DNA from: Ruminiclostridium hungatei
GTDB lineage: Bacteria; Bacillota; Clostridia; Acetivibrionales; DSM-1351
Length of the DNA stretch: 64,000 bases
Direction: 5' to 3'
NCBI RefSeq assembly: GCF_002051585.1
Contig: NZ_MZGX01000013.1
Span: 70,614 to 134,613, forward strand
The position numbers were made by a program, and so were the translations under genes. Positions 62,408-64,000 of the stretch are shown one piece after another; position 1 is the stretch's first letter; the number at the start of each line of letters is the position of its first letter. The notes under the pieces are model-generated. The model did not search any database. It was not told the origin of the DNA and saw only the letters and a list, made by a program, of their open reading frames with translations.

Positions 62408-62824
62408 ATGTATCAGGTAATACCAAAAGATGATTCGTATAAGGATTTATTATCATCAGTGGTTTCTATTTATAAAATTATTCACCATAGAGGAATGTTA
62501 CGCAGTTTTTTCTCTGAGGAAAACTTTAAAACAAGGTTCGGCAGTTCCAAAAAGCTATTGGAAGCAGCAGTTAATCTTTACTGTGAGGGTTATGTTGATT
62601 CTATCTTTTATTTCATTATTGATCTGGAATTTAACAAGGCTGTCAATCAGAATACCCCTTTGTCCGAGGAAGAACTATGCGAACTGACACTGGCTAAAAC
62701 ATTGGTACAATATATAAGAGAAAAAAACCCTGATGCCATATATGACTTGATTGGTTATACCTGTAGCGGTTCTACACGCTTTGAGCTTGTACCAGGCACA
62801 GATTGGGCTGATAAGCCGATATAA
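62408..62824 (+). CDS. hypothetical protein
   Basis: Start at MYQVIPK with GGGAGG RBS 7 nt upstream. 138 aa. Confidence 0.45.
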   Translation: MYQVIPKDDSYKDLLSSVVSIYKIIHHRGMLRSFFSEENFKTRFGSSKKLLEAAVNLYCEGYVDSIFYFIIDLEFNKAVNQNTPLSEEELCELTLAKTLVQYIREKNPDAIYDLIGYTCSGSTRFELVPGTDWADKPI

Positions 62825-62858
62825 AATCTATTAATTATAAAAAGAAAAGAGGAAGTTT

Positions 62859-63458
62859 ATGCAAAATAAAATCACTAAATTGTTCAGCATTTTTCTTGTT
62901 ATTTCATTGTTAATCCTGTCCAATATTTCTGTATTTGCTGATAGTACTGCTATCGACACCGGCAATGACGTAAAAGTAATAAATGTTGATATTACACAAT
63001 TTCCGGAATTTGATATCAACAACCAGGATGAATACAAGCCAATACTTGAGAAATACGGTATATCTGAGAATGATGTAATCGCAATCTTACCAGTTTCTCA
63101 AGGCAGCAGCTTACAAGACAAAGCCGGTAATACAAGCACTGCAAGTAGCACCGCAAGCGTGCCTGCAGGCGTACTGGTTTTAACCGGTACATTTGTTTCT
63201 GATTATCAATGGAATCTTACTATATTAAATGTGGGTATACTGAATGTCTCAAATATTGAAGCAGATGTTATACTTATTAATAATTCTTACGGACCGGTAG
63301 TAAATTCCCAAAGATATCTGGGAGGATTATCAAAATTTGGTTCCATCACTGAAAGATACTCCGCAGGTGGTTACGCAATTCATGTGGCAATAGTAACTGT
63401 TACTGGAATAACAGAAGCTGGTGAGTATTTTACCATGGGTGGAACTCAATATAGATAG
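62859..63458 (+). CDS. secreted hypothetical protein
   Basis: Signal peptide MQNKITKLFSIFLVISLLILSNISVFA. Ser/Thr-rich linker. Confidence 0.55.
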   Translation: MQNKITKLFSIFLVISLLILSNISVFADSTAIDTGNDVKVINVDITQFPEFDINNQDEYKPILEKYGISENDVIAILPVSQGSSLQDKAGNTSTASSTASVPAGVLVLTGTFVSDYQWNLTILNVGILNVSNIEADVILINNSYGPVVNSQRYLGGLSKFGSITERYSAGGYAIHVAIVTVTGITEAGEYFTMGGTQYR

Positions 63459-64000
63459 TAACAAAGAGGAATAAAATACTATACTGCCTGTATTGCCAAG
63501 TGATAAGGTTTATTTTTAACCATACATAGATAGCTTATTGACAGGAAGCAAAGTTGTATTTTGAGATAGTTCCCAGACTTTATGTAAATCTATAAGGCAA
63601 TAGTGCTTTTAAATGGGGCTGAAGCAAAACAACCCCCAAAAACAGAGCCGCAGTGACTGCGAAAGCAGGCACAACGGCTCTGTTTTTGGGTATAATTGAG
63701 TTGATGAAAAACAAAATATACCGTGCTAATTATGACACAGGAAAACGGAATGTGCAACTGAAAATTGACGAGATATTTGCCGAAAACGAACTGGCAGACA
63801 GTTGTTTGAAAAACTGGCAGCTTAACGACGGCAAAAGAAGAATACTTCTTAACAGAAAGGTGGTTTTCCAGGCGGCTCTGTGAGATTTTTTCTGTAAATC
63901 GCTCTCTGTGACGATAGCAAAATTGGTTTTTGGAGCCAGAGGTGCAGAAACCAGCCACCGCGAAGCGGCGTGGCCTTGATTACGCTCTTGGCAGATGCTA

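Noticed and set aside
63590-63958. 122-aa minus ORF and 76-aa plus ORF (63653..63883) at window end
   Set aside because: Mutually overlapping on opposite strands with no RBS, in a region dominated by a 16-bp perfect hairpin. Treated as a structured non-coding or element-end region instead.

Overview
This is a low-GC, Firmicutes/Clostridia-like chromosomal segment that is densely coding; from about 4 kb onward almost every gene is on the minus strand. No rRNA, no intact tRNA and no CRISPR array was found.

1-15 kb: small accessory and housekeeping genes. These are the 5' part of a NusG/LoaP-like antiterminator running off the window start, a Fic pseudogene, two GNATs, two AraC+GyrI-like regulators, an Fe-S aldo/keto reductase, an ArsC/Spx-like protein, and a TetR plus ABC-2 exporter operon.

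15.9-24.5 kb: a 1241-aa secreted S8 subtilase carrying near-identical Cys-rich tandem repeats. Then a co-directional three-gene module: a CHAT (caspase-like) protease, a DUF4157 (HExxH) polymorphic-toxin-like protein, and a small putative immunity protein. Then a heterodimeric ABC exporter pair.

28-36 kb: a BNR/Asp-box beta-propeller, a polysaccharide deacetylase, and a Dgt-family dGTPase.

36-55 kb: a hybrid NRPS/PKS biosynthetic cluster. The PKS megasynthase (3108 aa) is loaded by a fatty-acyl-AMP ligase. The NRPS (2060 aa) has tandem ACPs and a C-terminal SDR domain. An MFS exporter and an FMN-binding/ApbE flavinylation pair are also present.

55-61 kb: an orphaned T-box leader with a truncated argS stub; an SPFH(slipin)-RtcB operon whose 5' leader contains tRNA-like (Y-RNA-like) D-arm/T-arm elements; and two tandem paralogous HTH-WYL-WCX regulators with a shared palindromic operator-like motif.

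A 56-bp direct repeat (35.9 kb and 62.1 kb) brackets the segment containing the BGC, RtcB and WYL genes.

The candidates I rate most novel are (i) the RtcB-slipin / tRNA-mimic / tandem-WYL locus and (ii) the CHAT-DUF4157-immunity module.
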